64,000 nt of DNA from Octopus bimaculoides. Lineage: Eukaryota. Below the pieces are notes generated by a model, which was not told the DNA's origin, did no database searches, and saw only the letters and a list, made by a program, of their open reading frames with translations. The DNA lies in NCBI RefSeq assembly GCF_001194135.2, contig NC_068981.1, positions 71,570,360 to 71,634,359 on the forward strand, written 5' to 3'. Position 1 is the stretch's first letter, and each line of letters starts with the position of its first letter. Shown here piece after piece: positions 38,860-50,900 of this stretch. Position numbers and translations under genes: made by a program.

Positions 38860-39902
38860 CACACAGGTCTGCTGCTAGTTTGAAGTTGGTCACTTTTGTN
38901 NNNNNNNNNNNNNNNNNNNNNNNNNNNNNNNNNNNNNNNNNNNNNNNNNNNNNNNNNNNNNNNNNNNNNNNNNNNNNNNNNNNNNNNNNNNNNNNNNNNN
39001 NNNNNNNNNNNNNNNNNNNNNNNNNNNNNNNNNNNNNNNNNNNNNAGGGTGGGCGGGGGGAGGGGGAGATTTTTCAGTCTATAAGATATATCTAAAATTT
39101 TTGTCATTGGATTCAGAAAACATTATTTGGCTGTAGTTGTGTAAAACAAAAAAAAATTTGAAGTTTCCTTCAGCACATTGAATTTGTTACAAGAAGTTGT
39201 TAATAATAAGCAACAGATGTAGTTGTGTGAATAAAAAGTATTGGAAACAGCTGCATTTCCAATGTCTCTCCTCCTTTCTTTTTCCTCTCTCTCTCTCACA
39301 CACACGCACACACACACACACACACAGGTCTGCTGCTAGTTTGAAGTTGGTCACTTTTGTTTTTTTATCAACATGCAATTTGTTACATTTTTATGATGTA
39401 GCTATTCTGAAATAATAATGGTTATAAGTTTACTATGTACCTCCTATTGTCACTCTTAAAAATTAACTGTAACTGAACTCTGGTATAGCTTTATGACATA
39501 TATATCAGTGACCCCTTTTGTACCCAGAATGAAGAATTGTAAGCCATAAACTGCAGCTCATCTCTCTCCCTTTTTTTCTCTCTCTCCCTCTCTCTCTATA
39601 TATATGTGTGTGTGTGTGTTGCTAGGTGTTATGTATATTTTTAACCCTCTAGCATTCAGTTTATTCTGTCAAATGTAAAGCTTATTTATTCAGATTGCTT
39701 TGAATTAAGCATAGATTATCTTGTAGCTTCAAGATTTCAATGATGTGACTGTTTATTCCAGAGTGCCAGCCCAGTCAAACCGTCCAACCCATGCCAGCAT
39801 GGACAATGGTTGTTAAATGATGATGATGATATATACCTATTGGTGCTTATGTATGTGCATATGTAGGTATGTATGTGGGTATGTGCATGTGCCTGTATTT
39901 GC

Positions 39903-39954
<52 letters not shown>

Positions 39955-39959
39955 ATGCA

Positions 39960-41130
39960 TTGCTGTGTGGTAAGAAGCTTGCTTCCTCGTCACATGGTTC
40001 TGGGTTCTGTTCCAGGGTGTGGCACCTTGGGCAAGTGTCTCTTACTATAGCCTCAGGCCAATCAAAGCCTTGCATGTGGATTTCATAGACAGAAACTGAA
40101 AATAAGCCCATTTTATAGAGGTGTGGCTGCATGGTAAGAAGCTTGCTTCCCAACTACATGGTTCCGGGTTCAGTCCCACTGTGTGGCACCTTGGGCAAGT
40201 GTCTTCTACTATAACCTCAGGCTGACCAATACCTTGTGAGTGGCTTTGGTAGACAGAAACTGAAAGAAGCCTGTCATATATGTATATATTTATGTGTGTG
40301 TGTCTTTATGTCTGTGTCTGTTGCCCACCATCTCTTGACAACCGACGGTGGTGTGTTTACGTTGCTGTTACTTAACAGTTTGGCAAAAGAAATTGATAGA
40401 ATAAGTACTAGGCTTACAAAGAATGTCCTGGGGTTGATTTCTTTGGCTAAAAAACCCCTAAAGGCAATGCTATAGCATAGCCGCAGTCAAATGACTGAAA
40501 CAAGTAAAAGAATAAATATATATATTCTTTCTTTTCTTTTTTTTTTTACTTGTTTCAGTCATTTGACTGTGGTCATGCTGGAGAACCACTTTTAGTCGAA
40601 CAAATCGACCCCAGGACTTATTCTTTGTAAGCCTAGTACTTATTCTATCAGTGTCTTTTTTCTGAACTGCTAAGTGATGTGTACATAAACACAACAACAT
40701 CAGTTGTCAAGCAATGGTGGGGGTACAGATACAGACACAAATAACAAATACACACATATGTACGACGGGCTTCTTTCAGTTTCCGTCTACCAAATCCACT
40801 CACAAGGCTTTTGTCAGCCCGAGGCTATTGTAGAAGACATTTGCCCAAGGTGCCACGCAGTGGGACTGAACTCAGAACCATGTGGTTAGGAAGCAAGCCT
40901 CTTACCACACAGCCACTCCTCCACCTATATGAAATATCTGTGTGTGTACGTGTTTTTACATACCAGTAAGTTAGTAGTTCAGCAAAAATCACTGAAAGAA
41001 TAAGTGCTAGGCTTTAAAAAAAAAACACAACTAAGTGCAGGGGTCAATTCATTCAAATAAAAATTCTTCAAGTAGTACCCCAGCATGGCCACGGTCCAAT
41101 GACTGAAACAAGTATAAAGATAAAGGGCAA
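39960..41130. mobile_element. Cluster of four SINE family B pieces: 39960-40110(+, 5' half), 40117-40512(+, full), 40543-40922(-, full), 40940-41130(+, 3' half)
   Basis: Heads and tails are recognisable as in 31171-31545; the two full copies are tail-to-tail. Confidence 0.88.
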
Positions 41131-41169
41131 AAGATATCACTCACAAGTAAGTATGATTTGGTAGCATGT

Positions 41170-41432
41170 ATCATGCTTTCACTAATTGTTTTATGTAATC
41201 TCAAACCGACACAGACAGCCTGTCAGTCTTTACACTCTTGATCCAGTGAAACACTTAGAATGTAATAGTGGTGACAGCACTCGGCTGGTACTCAGTGGAG
41301 AAACTTGGAGGAATGTGAGTGAAATGAAGCACCTTGTTCAGGAATGCAACTTGCTACCCAATCAGTGAATTGATACCTGAGCATTACGACGATCTGTTGT
41401 CTGATACCCCAACCATGTGGTGACATACCTAA
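41170..41432 (-). mobile_element. Decayed tRNA-derived SINE (different family)
   Basis: The minus strand begins aggtatgtcaccacatggttggggtatcagac...ggtatcaattcac (A/B-box-like spacing) followed by ttcctgaacaaggtgcttcatttcac. Confidence 0.45.
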
Positions 41433-41433
41433 A

Positions 41434-41486
<53 letters not shown>

Positions 41487-41659
41487 TTATTATGTACATT
41501 TGTGTGTATGAATGTAAATGTTTGTGGAAATGTGTATGTGTGTAAATATATATATACATACATTATATATATATAATCTGGTGATGTCTTGGTTTTGTAT
41601 CAAAGTAACATGAGACAGAATAGTGAGTTTGAAGGATAATTGGTTGCTCTCTCTGTTTT

Positions 41660-41922
<263 letters not shown>

Positions 41923-41935
41923 TCGTGTGTGTATT

Positions 41936-42995
41936 CAGGGTATGATGGGTAAATTGTTACCATTTTATATTTTTAATTTCACACATGCACATTGTTTTTT
42001 GTCAGCTACACAGTATAGTTGGGCACCATTTGTGAGCAAAACTGCACCATGTCACAATTCGCTCTGTCAGAAATTTGGAAACAATATGCTGTACTGCTTG
42101 GCATTCATGTCAGAAGCTCCAATTTGAACATTTTAGAGTGTTTGGGTGTCAATCTGAGGGCATGTTCCGAGAGTGATAAAAATCAAACATCCAGTCAACA
42201 TCATGGCGTTTCAAGTGATCACTTATGATGGCGACGTTATGCCTTCTTCATCTTTCCACACAGCTTCAGACAGAAGTGTCTGAAGCTACGTCAAGTGTCT
42301 GGATGAGTTAGTGCCGCCCTGGGTCAAGAGGGTGACTGCTGGAAGACCCTGTGTCTGACAACAGGATTCTGCACCATGCCACACATGCAGGAGAATTCAA
42401 TCATGGCTGTCAGACAATTTCTGCGACCACATCACCCCTAACATCTGGCCACCTAACTCCCCAGACTGCAACCCCCTTGATTATTATGTGTGGGGTTCAG
42501 TTGAGCAAGAGACCAAAAAAACTCTTTGTAACACCAAAGATGAACTGAAGACAAGGATTATGGCAGCATTCACCAACTTAACCCTTTCAATACTGTATTT
42601 ATTTTGAGATGCTCTATGTTTCTTTCCATTACTTTAAATATAATAAAGAATTTAGTAAAATAACTTAGTTATCATTCAGCTAGTGTAAGGAACATAAATT
42701 GTGACTAAGGTTTGGTGGAAGATTTTAATTCAAAACTTATGGAAACAAGACATTTGTACTCAGAGCCGGGTTGGCAACGAAAGGGTTAAACAAGGAGACC
42801 ATCCAGAAGAGTTGCAGGAGATTCTGATGTCGTCTGGAGGCCTTGGTTGAAGTCAATGGCGATTTTATTGAATAGATTTATTCTGTAGTACTTCAAGATA
42901 TTTTTATGTAATTTTGGTAAATATATGTGTTAAAATGAGATGTCAGTGTTATTTTTATTTTTGCATAATTTAGACAACAGTTTATTCACTGCACC

Positions 42996-42998
<3 letters not shown>
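41936..42998 (+). mobile_element. Internally deleted Tc1/mariner-superfamily DD37D (maT) transposon
   Basis: Imperfect TIRs cagggtatgatgggtaaattgttac (41936) and the inverse of gacaacagtttattcactgcaccctg (ends 42998). N-terminal remnant MSQFALSEIWKQYAVLLGI; catalytic remnant QQDSAPCH...WPPNSPDCNPLDYYVW with 37 residues between the second and third Asp (counted). Confidence 0.85.
42582..42785. mobile_element. TTAA MITE family 2 inserted in the maT transposase
   Basis: TTAA 42578-42581, ccctttcaatac...caacgaaaggg, TTAA 42786-42789. Removing it restores the frame ...AFTNLNKETIQKSC. Confidence 0.88.
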
Positions 42999-43032
<34 letters not shown>

Positions 43033-45061
43033 CTCTACAGGTATGAAGGGCAAAGGTAGTCAAAAGATAATGACAACAGTAAAGTCTCCAAGAAAAAGGA
43101 TTAATGAGTGAAGTTGTAATATTACATATTTCAGAAAAAGAGAGAAAAACTAGCAACGACTTATTGTAGAGACAAAAAGCCTCCGTGACTGGTCAGTGAG
43201 TTAATATAGAAAACTTACTTAGGACATTAGATAACATGCTAGAGAATCCATAGCGAAAATATTTAAGCACTTAGAAATATATACAAGCATACACATCAGT
43301 TCATACATGTATATTATGAGATAATGCTTCTGGAAGGAAAGAACTAAAAACAGCCTCAGCAGGTTGACTTGTCTAGCTCTCATGTAGAGGTCACACTTGT
43401 TGGTTCATTCATACATATAAACATAAAGTAGTCAATAGGGTGTTATTTGAAGGAAAATTGGCTGCTACTTATCTTTCTTTCAGGTATCCCATGGAAGTAC
43501 CCTTGTTGGCTGAGCGTGGTGTGATTTGAGTGAGAATTGGTTGCCCGTTTTTGTCAGTTGCAATGTTGATATCTTTCTGTTTTACTAGTTTCAAGCAAAC
43601 CTATTGTTAAATGTTGTGACTAGTCCTTTTTTCTTATATGAGATACTGTATTGCATTGGCTCTCTCTCTCAATCTCTCTCTCTCTCATGCATACACAAGC
43701 CAATGGGATGTGGACTGAGGGATATTATCTGCTGTGTCTATTTGGTTTGACATGTGTAGGCTCTGTCATTGGTTCATATAAAACAGTCTGGTGTGATTTA
43801 AGGGTGATTTGGCTACTATTTGTGACATGTTGTGCTACCACATTGAGGTCTCCCTTATTTGGTTCATATATGTGAAAGGGATGAGTATTTTGCTAATTTT
43901 GCCTTGTTTACAAGTACAGTCATTGGTGGTGGGGATTTTAATAGAAGGAAATATTCTGCTCTCATTTAAAATGCTGATTTGCTTATATTGACATCTCTGT
44001 TTAATATAACGTACATAACTCTCTCTGGTAGTGAAAGAAAGTACTCTAAGATCTCTCCTGGAGCAACTTCCATTAGTGTGACACCATTTCTTAAGCTTTC
44101 AGGACATAAGTGTGCACAGGTTATTTTTGCTATTTGTGTTAATTGTATTAAAGGGCTTCTGTATTTGGAAGTAGAGTTTCTTATTTGGGTTTTGTTGATA
44201 ACTCTGTATTTAGATATTTTTTTAATTTTGTAGTCTCTTAAATGGTATTATTGTTATTGTTTAGTCCCAAGTTACAACTAATGAAGCAACAATGGTTAAA
44301 AAGCCTTCCAGCTGTGACCATTTTTCTTGTATTTGAGATTACATTGCATTGACTACCAAACAAGAGTAACCAGTTTTGACATTATGGGGGTTAAAAAACC
44401 TTTCAGTTATTACCATTTTATTTCTATTAGAGATTACATTGCATTCACTAATAGAGCAACTAATTTTGACATTATGAGGGTTAAAAAGTCTGATATCTAC
44501 GGATTCTTTGGAAAGGCTTCTTAATTTGCATCAAGAAGCTCCTAATGATATTAGTGGAAATCTGGCATTATTTAAGCCACTAGATTTTTATTTTATTTAG
44601 AAAGTAAAAGATCTCTCTTCCCCCTTCTCTCCCCACCCCTATGTGCATGTGTGTGCTTATATATATATATGTATATATATATATATGTGTGTGTGTGTAT
44701 GTGTGTGTAGTAGTGGCCATAATATAAGGGTCAGTAAGAACAAGTGTATTGAAATTTTATTATAGAAGATTAACAAAACGTTGAGACTAGATATTTTACA
44801 CATATTTAGATATATCTAGTATCTATCATTCGTGAAAATTTCAAGTGAATGGAATAAATATTTCTTAAGTTATGAGGAAATAAACAAATAATCTTTCAAA
44901 CTGCAACAGCCAAAAGTTAAGGGTCACTTAGAAAAACAATGTAAAATGGAAAGAAACCTTTACTATTTATATTTTGTGAACATCCCTTTACTATCAGTGA
45001 CCTAACATCTGTTACCACAGGACTGAATTATATGACTGTGGCATCTAGTTACTATTAGCAT

Positions 45062-45093
<32 letters not shown>

Positions 45094-45824
45094 CTATATG
45101 ACCAGCTTCTTTCAGTTTCTGTTAGCAAATCTAATCACAAGGCTGTGGTCAACCCAGTGCTGTAGTAAAAAGACACTTGTTTGGGGTGCTGCACAGTGGG
45201 ACTGAACCTGAAATCACATGGTTGTGAAGCAAACTTCTTAACCTCACAGGCATGCCCTGCACAAGCATACATTTGGTTAGTGTAGGTAATCACATGCTCT
45301 CTTTCAACCAATTTTATAAAGTGTGATGTTGCATTAATAACTTGCTCCCTTAATAGCCATTAACATTACCTTTCCTTGCAGATGAGTTTCATCTGGTTAC
45401 ACTTTTATGCACTTCGATACCTTTTTCAAACCTTATTGTGTCATTTTAGTTACAGACTGGTAGACCAGGTTAGCTACTCTTTATTTTCTCTCCCCACTCT
45501 ATCTCTCTTTTTCTCAATTAATGCTCCATTGTTCATCTTAGCTTTGTTTTATTACCATCTCTATAGTTAAACAGTTGGGAGCTGAGTAGAATCTAAATAA
45601 TGGTTTATTCACACAAAGATAAGCCAGTCAATACTGTTTATATTAATATATTTAGCCCAGCCCAAGTAAAGCTCAATAATCAGCTTTATCCACCACATTT
45701 TCCTGATACCTTGTTCTCTGTGACCTTTTGCTGCAATGGTCACACACACACACACACATGCACACACAAACATACAAGCACACACACATTTTTTCTCTTT
45801 CTCTTGTTTTTTCTCATTAATATA

Positions 45825-46045
45825 CACACACTCATATATGCAGACACACACACTCATATATGCAGACGCACACATTCATATATGCAGACGCACACACTCA
45901 TATACGCAGACACACACTCATATATGCAGACACACACACTCATATACGCAGACAAACACACTCATATACGCAGACACACACACTCATACGCAGACACACA
46001 CACACACACACAGACACACACATACACACGTACGTACGCACACAC
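45825..46045. repeat. Minisatellite of about eight 20-24-bp units (ACTCATATA[T/C]GCAGAC(AC)n)
   Basis: Directly visible tandem units decaying into (CA)n. Confidence 0.85.
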
Positions 46046-47189
46046 ACATGCACACTATCTATGCTTCCATCATTTTTGTAACATTGCAAAGCCTTGAATT
46101 ATAATATGGAATGTAAATTAATATACTTCAAATGTCACTCATCATATAATCTAATTTTTTTTGTTATTAGATTTACTTTTGAATTTCAAGTCTCTGGAAA
46201 AAGAAGGCTGAAACTTCCTCTTTTAAGTTAACATTGGCTTATTGTCAGAACTGGAAATATTAACAAAAGCAACTGTTCATGGGTTTTTACTTCAAAGGAT
46301 AATAATTTCATGTACAATTTGTGAATTTCACACTGTTGGTCATTATTTCCTTCTTTACATTCCCTATACTCAGTTACATTTGCCTTGAAAAGAACAGAGT
46401 CAACAAAGGGTCTATTATCTCTCTAGTGTTAATGTTACAATAAAATGTTCCTAATACAGTCTGTAATATAGCTAGCAATCAAATAGAGATAACATAGAAT
46501 TGAGAGGATTCTTTAGTTGTGTGAGGACATAACATAATGGTACCATGATAAAATGTAGCCAGTACACTCTGTTTAGTAGTTGGTAATAAGAAGAGAATCC
46601 AATCCTAGAAACTGTGCTAAAATGGGAATTTCCAAACCATGCAAGTTCTTTTAATTTGGAGTTATTCTTAGATAATAAGAATTGAAGTACATGTCCAACC
46701 CATGCCTGCAAAGGAAATGGATGTAAAATGACATGATGAACTGATGGTGTCTCCATGTGTATCTTTTTCACATCTCCTTAGTAGTTGCCACATTCATGAG
46801 CATTATTATTCACTTTCCATGTTTACATGGGTCAGAGGTAATTCATTGAGGTAGATTTTTTGCAGCTGAATGCCCTTCTTATTACCAACTTGCACCTGTT
46901 TCAAAGTAAGGTAATAATTCCCTGCAACTGGTTGTTTTCATGGAAAATTGGAAATGGACACACCTGTATGTTGGTGAAGCTCACTTAGAACTATCTAACA
47001 ATACTTGTAAACCATCAGACACGTGCATGTGCGTATGCACACACACTCACATGCATGATGAGCTTCTTTCAGTTTCTATCAATCCACAAAGTTAAAAACA
47101 TTTGCCCAAGGTGCCATACAGTGGGACTGAACCTGAAGCCATGTGGTTAGGGAGTAAATTTCTTGCCAACACAACTATTCCTGCACAAT

Positions 47190-47223
<34 letters not shown>

Positions 47224-47429
47224 TACATAAATACATGCATGCACACATGTTCTTCTATCCTATTCTGTCTCATATTCATGTTGTACTTGGACCACACATC
47301 TCTTTCTTTATCTCTTTCTCTCTCCCACTTTCCAGATGGGCAAGCTATGTATTCACCTCTTCAGCAAGATACCAGCTTCTCTCTCTCTATCATAGTTTCT
47401 TATTTCTCCACTTTATACTCGACTCAGTT

Positions 47430-47655
47430 GAGGGGGTCTTCTCTTGCAGGTCCTTGGTGACCTCACCAATGCTGGTGCCACATAAAATGCACCCACTATA
47501 CTGTTAAGTAGTTGGTATTAGTAAGAGTATCCAGCTGTAGAAACCTTACCAAAGCAGGACATAAAACTATACAGAGCTTTTAGTTCCTCTGTTCTTGTCA
47601 GGCCATCCAACTTATGCCAGCATGAAAAAGGGGACATTAAATGATGATGATGATG
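47430..47655 (+). mobile_element. Degenerate RTE 3'-end repeat
   Basis: ggtgccacataaaatgcaccc...atccagctgtagaaacc...gccagcatgaaaaaggggacattaaatgatgatgatgatg. Confidence 0.65.
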
Positions 47656-47764
47656 ATGTGTGAAAATAACAAAACAGGGAATTGGAAATTTTTTGGTATT
47701 ATTCACCATTTCATGTTTCATTTGCTAGTAGTAATTACAAAGTTTTTACCTTAACTAACTATAT

Positions 47765-47965
47765 ATGTGTGTCTGTGTTTGTCCTCCCCACCATTGCTTG
47801 ACAACCAATGTTGGTGTGTTTACATCTCCGTAACTTAGTTCAGCAAAAGACCAATAGAATAAGTACTAGGCTTACAAAGAATAAGTCCTGGGGTCAATTT
47901 CTGTAACTAAAAAACCCTTGAAAGCAGTGCTCCAGCATGGCCACAGTCAAACGGCTGAAACAAAA
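47765..47965 (+). mobile_element. SINE family B, 3' half (other partial copies at about 23285-23420+, 45100-45255-, 47055-47180-, 53325-53485+)
   Basis: gtgtttgtcctccccaccattgcttgacaacc...gctgaaacaaaagaag. Confidence 0.8.
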
Positions 47966-50900
47966 GAAGAAAAGAATACCAGTTATTACAGAGTAAATTT
48001 CACATATAATATACTGTCTTTCATGTTAAGAAATTTCACTATAATATTTTAGGTGCCCTAATAATTAATATTATACAATTATATTATAGGGCACAGCAAG
48101 GTGGTTTAAGCAAACTGTTCAATCCCTATGGTTTTTGATAAAATAATATATGAACACTTTTACATTGAAAAGCATTCTGGTGCTTCATATAAAAAACATA
48201 TGTAGTTATTTTTCTCTGAAAGTTTTTTGTGTATTTTTTTTTTTCACTAGGTTAGTCTATTTGTGTTTTTCTAAATTTTATTTGATAACTTTTAACTAGG
48301 ATGTAAACATATGAAAGCACTTTTAGAGAATATCTTAACCATTGTAAAGAAGTTATCCTTGGTCACAAGTACTTTTACTATTGTTAATATATGGCAGTAA
48401 GACCTTCATCTGAGAGCTTTAAATTGGAATCTAGAAAGTAAATATGGAGAGGGAAGAAATGTTAATGAATTTTAAGCAGTTTTTAAATCTATTTTCATTC
48501 TGACATAAGTAAAATTACTTCACTAATTTGAAATGGGTTTTTTTTTTCTCTCTCTCTTAATCATGATGACAAATAAATAGCAATAATTGATCTTGTTCTT
48601 GCTGTTTTGTTGTTCAGCAATTACAACTTATTGACCACAGTCACTTAAATATGTTTTGACTTGAACTATGAACTTGTGACTTAAGATTATATTATGGTAG
48701 AAAAATACAGATGTCTGGATATAAATTGTTGGCAATATGAAGTCTGATGACCTAAGATAATAGCTACATACAATTTAGTGCTCAGGTCAACTTTCTCTTA
48801 ACTTTAAATGCAGCTTAAAATGCTGGGATGTTATAGCTGCCTAAATGGTGACTGGTTATAGGTAATATATTGATCAAGCTGGTACTTGTATACTAGAATA
48901 AAAGTATAGACAAGTAAACAACTGGTATTGGGTCATATTATTCATACAACACATAGGGAGAAACATGCTTTAAGAAGTTTATATTACAAAATTTAAGAGC
49001 ATGTTTGTAGGGGGGGGGGACACCTTGATCTAACACTTGATGAAGAGACTGACGTAAAGTTTTCAAATTTTATGCCAAGGGTAACTGTTGAAAAACTGTG
49101 GTTGAGACCTCTTTCTTTTGATAGATTACTGGTCTTTTCTGGGGTTTTTTTTAAAGACAAGTTTTGATCTTGGCACAGTAATCTACTAAAGTACTTATCA
49201 GTTGCACAGTACTGTTACTTTATTTACTGTAGCAAGCTTCGCCACTTGCAGTACCTACTTACAACTACATCAACTCAGCTTTTGAAAGCTAAGTGCTTTT
49301 TTTTAATACAGTACTGGTTGCAGGATACAACTCATTCACTCCATAGCTGGTTGTCCAGTACTTTGATGTTTGACCATCTATATTCTCTCTATATTTTTAA
49401 TTGTAGAATGTTAATATAAAAATATTTTAATATTTATATTATTTACATACGGCAATGTTCCAAATAGTCATTCAACACTTACATGATATTTTTATAAATT
49501 ATCTTTTAGCATTCCTATTGTATGTTTGTTTTTTTTTTTATTAATTTTATATGAAATAGTTATATAGCTCTACAATTGGAATGTCTCTAATCAGTCTTCT
49601 AAATTTATATACATTTATTAAATCTTTTATGTTAATGGTAATTGTTTCTAAAGTAAGCCTTGGATTTGCGTGAACAATAAGGGCTTATCATAACTGTCTC
49701 CTTTCATTTTTCTGTCTGAGGACTATGAAATGCATCTTTTAATTTAGACTCAATGCACTTACCTGAATGCTTTTGCTAACTCCTATATTTGCTAAATATC
49801 ATGTCTCATGTATCTTTTATCTTCTTAAGTGTATGAATCCAGAATTGTATTCTCTAGTTTGGGTGTAACCCATATAACTGTGTCTCTAAAACTTTCAGCT
49901 ATTTCATTCAGCAAGTTATATTTATTCTAAAATGTACAAAAACAAAATTGCTTCATATATTTTTGCAACAAAGCAAACTGCATTTACCCTTGAATGTGTT
50001 GTAAATATGGACCCCTTATTGTCTCCTGTTTAACTTCCATTCTTGTTTGACTTGATTAGATTTACATAATGAACCCTTACATCATGAACTTTTCATCTTA
50101 TTGCTTGAAACATTTCATTTTCCCACTAGTAATCAGTTTTCTAAATTTACATACATTTATCAAATTATTTTTCTCTCCAGTTACTATGTATAGGAGTATC
50201 TGCCAGTGAAGGTTGATCATTCATATGCACAAATATATGCAGGCCTAGACTAGATTTTTGAGGAAGATCGGCAGTTACCCATGCATGCAAGTCTTCCATC
50301 TCTATGCCACTGATGTTTATTCCAGGGAAAGGCCACTGACAGTACGGTTTAGCATCAATGCTATTGCAGGCACTGCTATCAAGATGTAAAGAGCCAGAAG
50401 GAAAACCTCAAAGCATCTTGCATAACCTGCTGATAGTTTTGTTAATCAATAATTCTGAATTGGTACTTTTTTATCAACCTATAAGAATGAAAGGCAAAGT
50501 TGGCCTCGGTGGGATTTGAACTTATAGTGAGGAGAGTCAGAAGGCACTGTATCTAGCACTCTTACAACTCTGCCAATGTACCACTTTAGTCACTATGAGT
50601 TCTCTTTTTACTCACTACCCTTCCACATACAGCATTCCATTTCTTGCGAATGCTTCTTGTACTCGAGCTTCATCTGATCTGTATAGATTGAATTGCAGCT
50701 GAAGTATCATAGAAACGTATTTTACCCACTTCTAATGATTATAATTGCGCAGCAAGTTAAACTTGGGAAGGAAAATTGCAGAATAAAAATATTGTTCAAT
50801 GCAGAATAATTTAGCTCAAAATAAAATGCAACTTTAGTTGAACTACACTTAATTTGCATACAAAAATAGCAAGGAATACAGTTACCATTATAATAATCTT

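Noticed and set aside
43650-44240. Possible L1/Tx1-type remnant on the minus strand (APGEILEYFLSLPERVMYVILNRD; GDLN)
   Set aside because: Similarity too weak to call without a profile search.
50698-50722. CTGAAGT atcata GAAACGTA hammerhead-like string
   Set aside because: A9 is missing, there is no credible stem II and no stem I complementarity.
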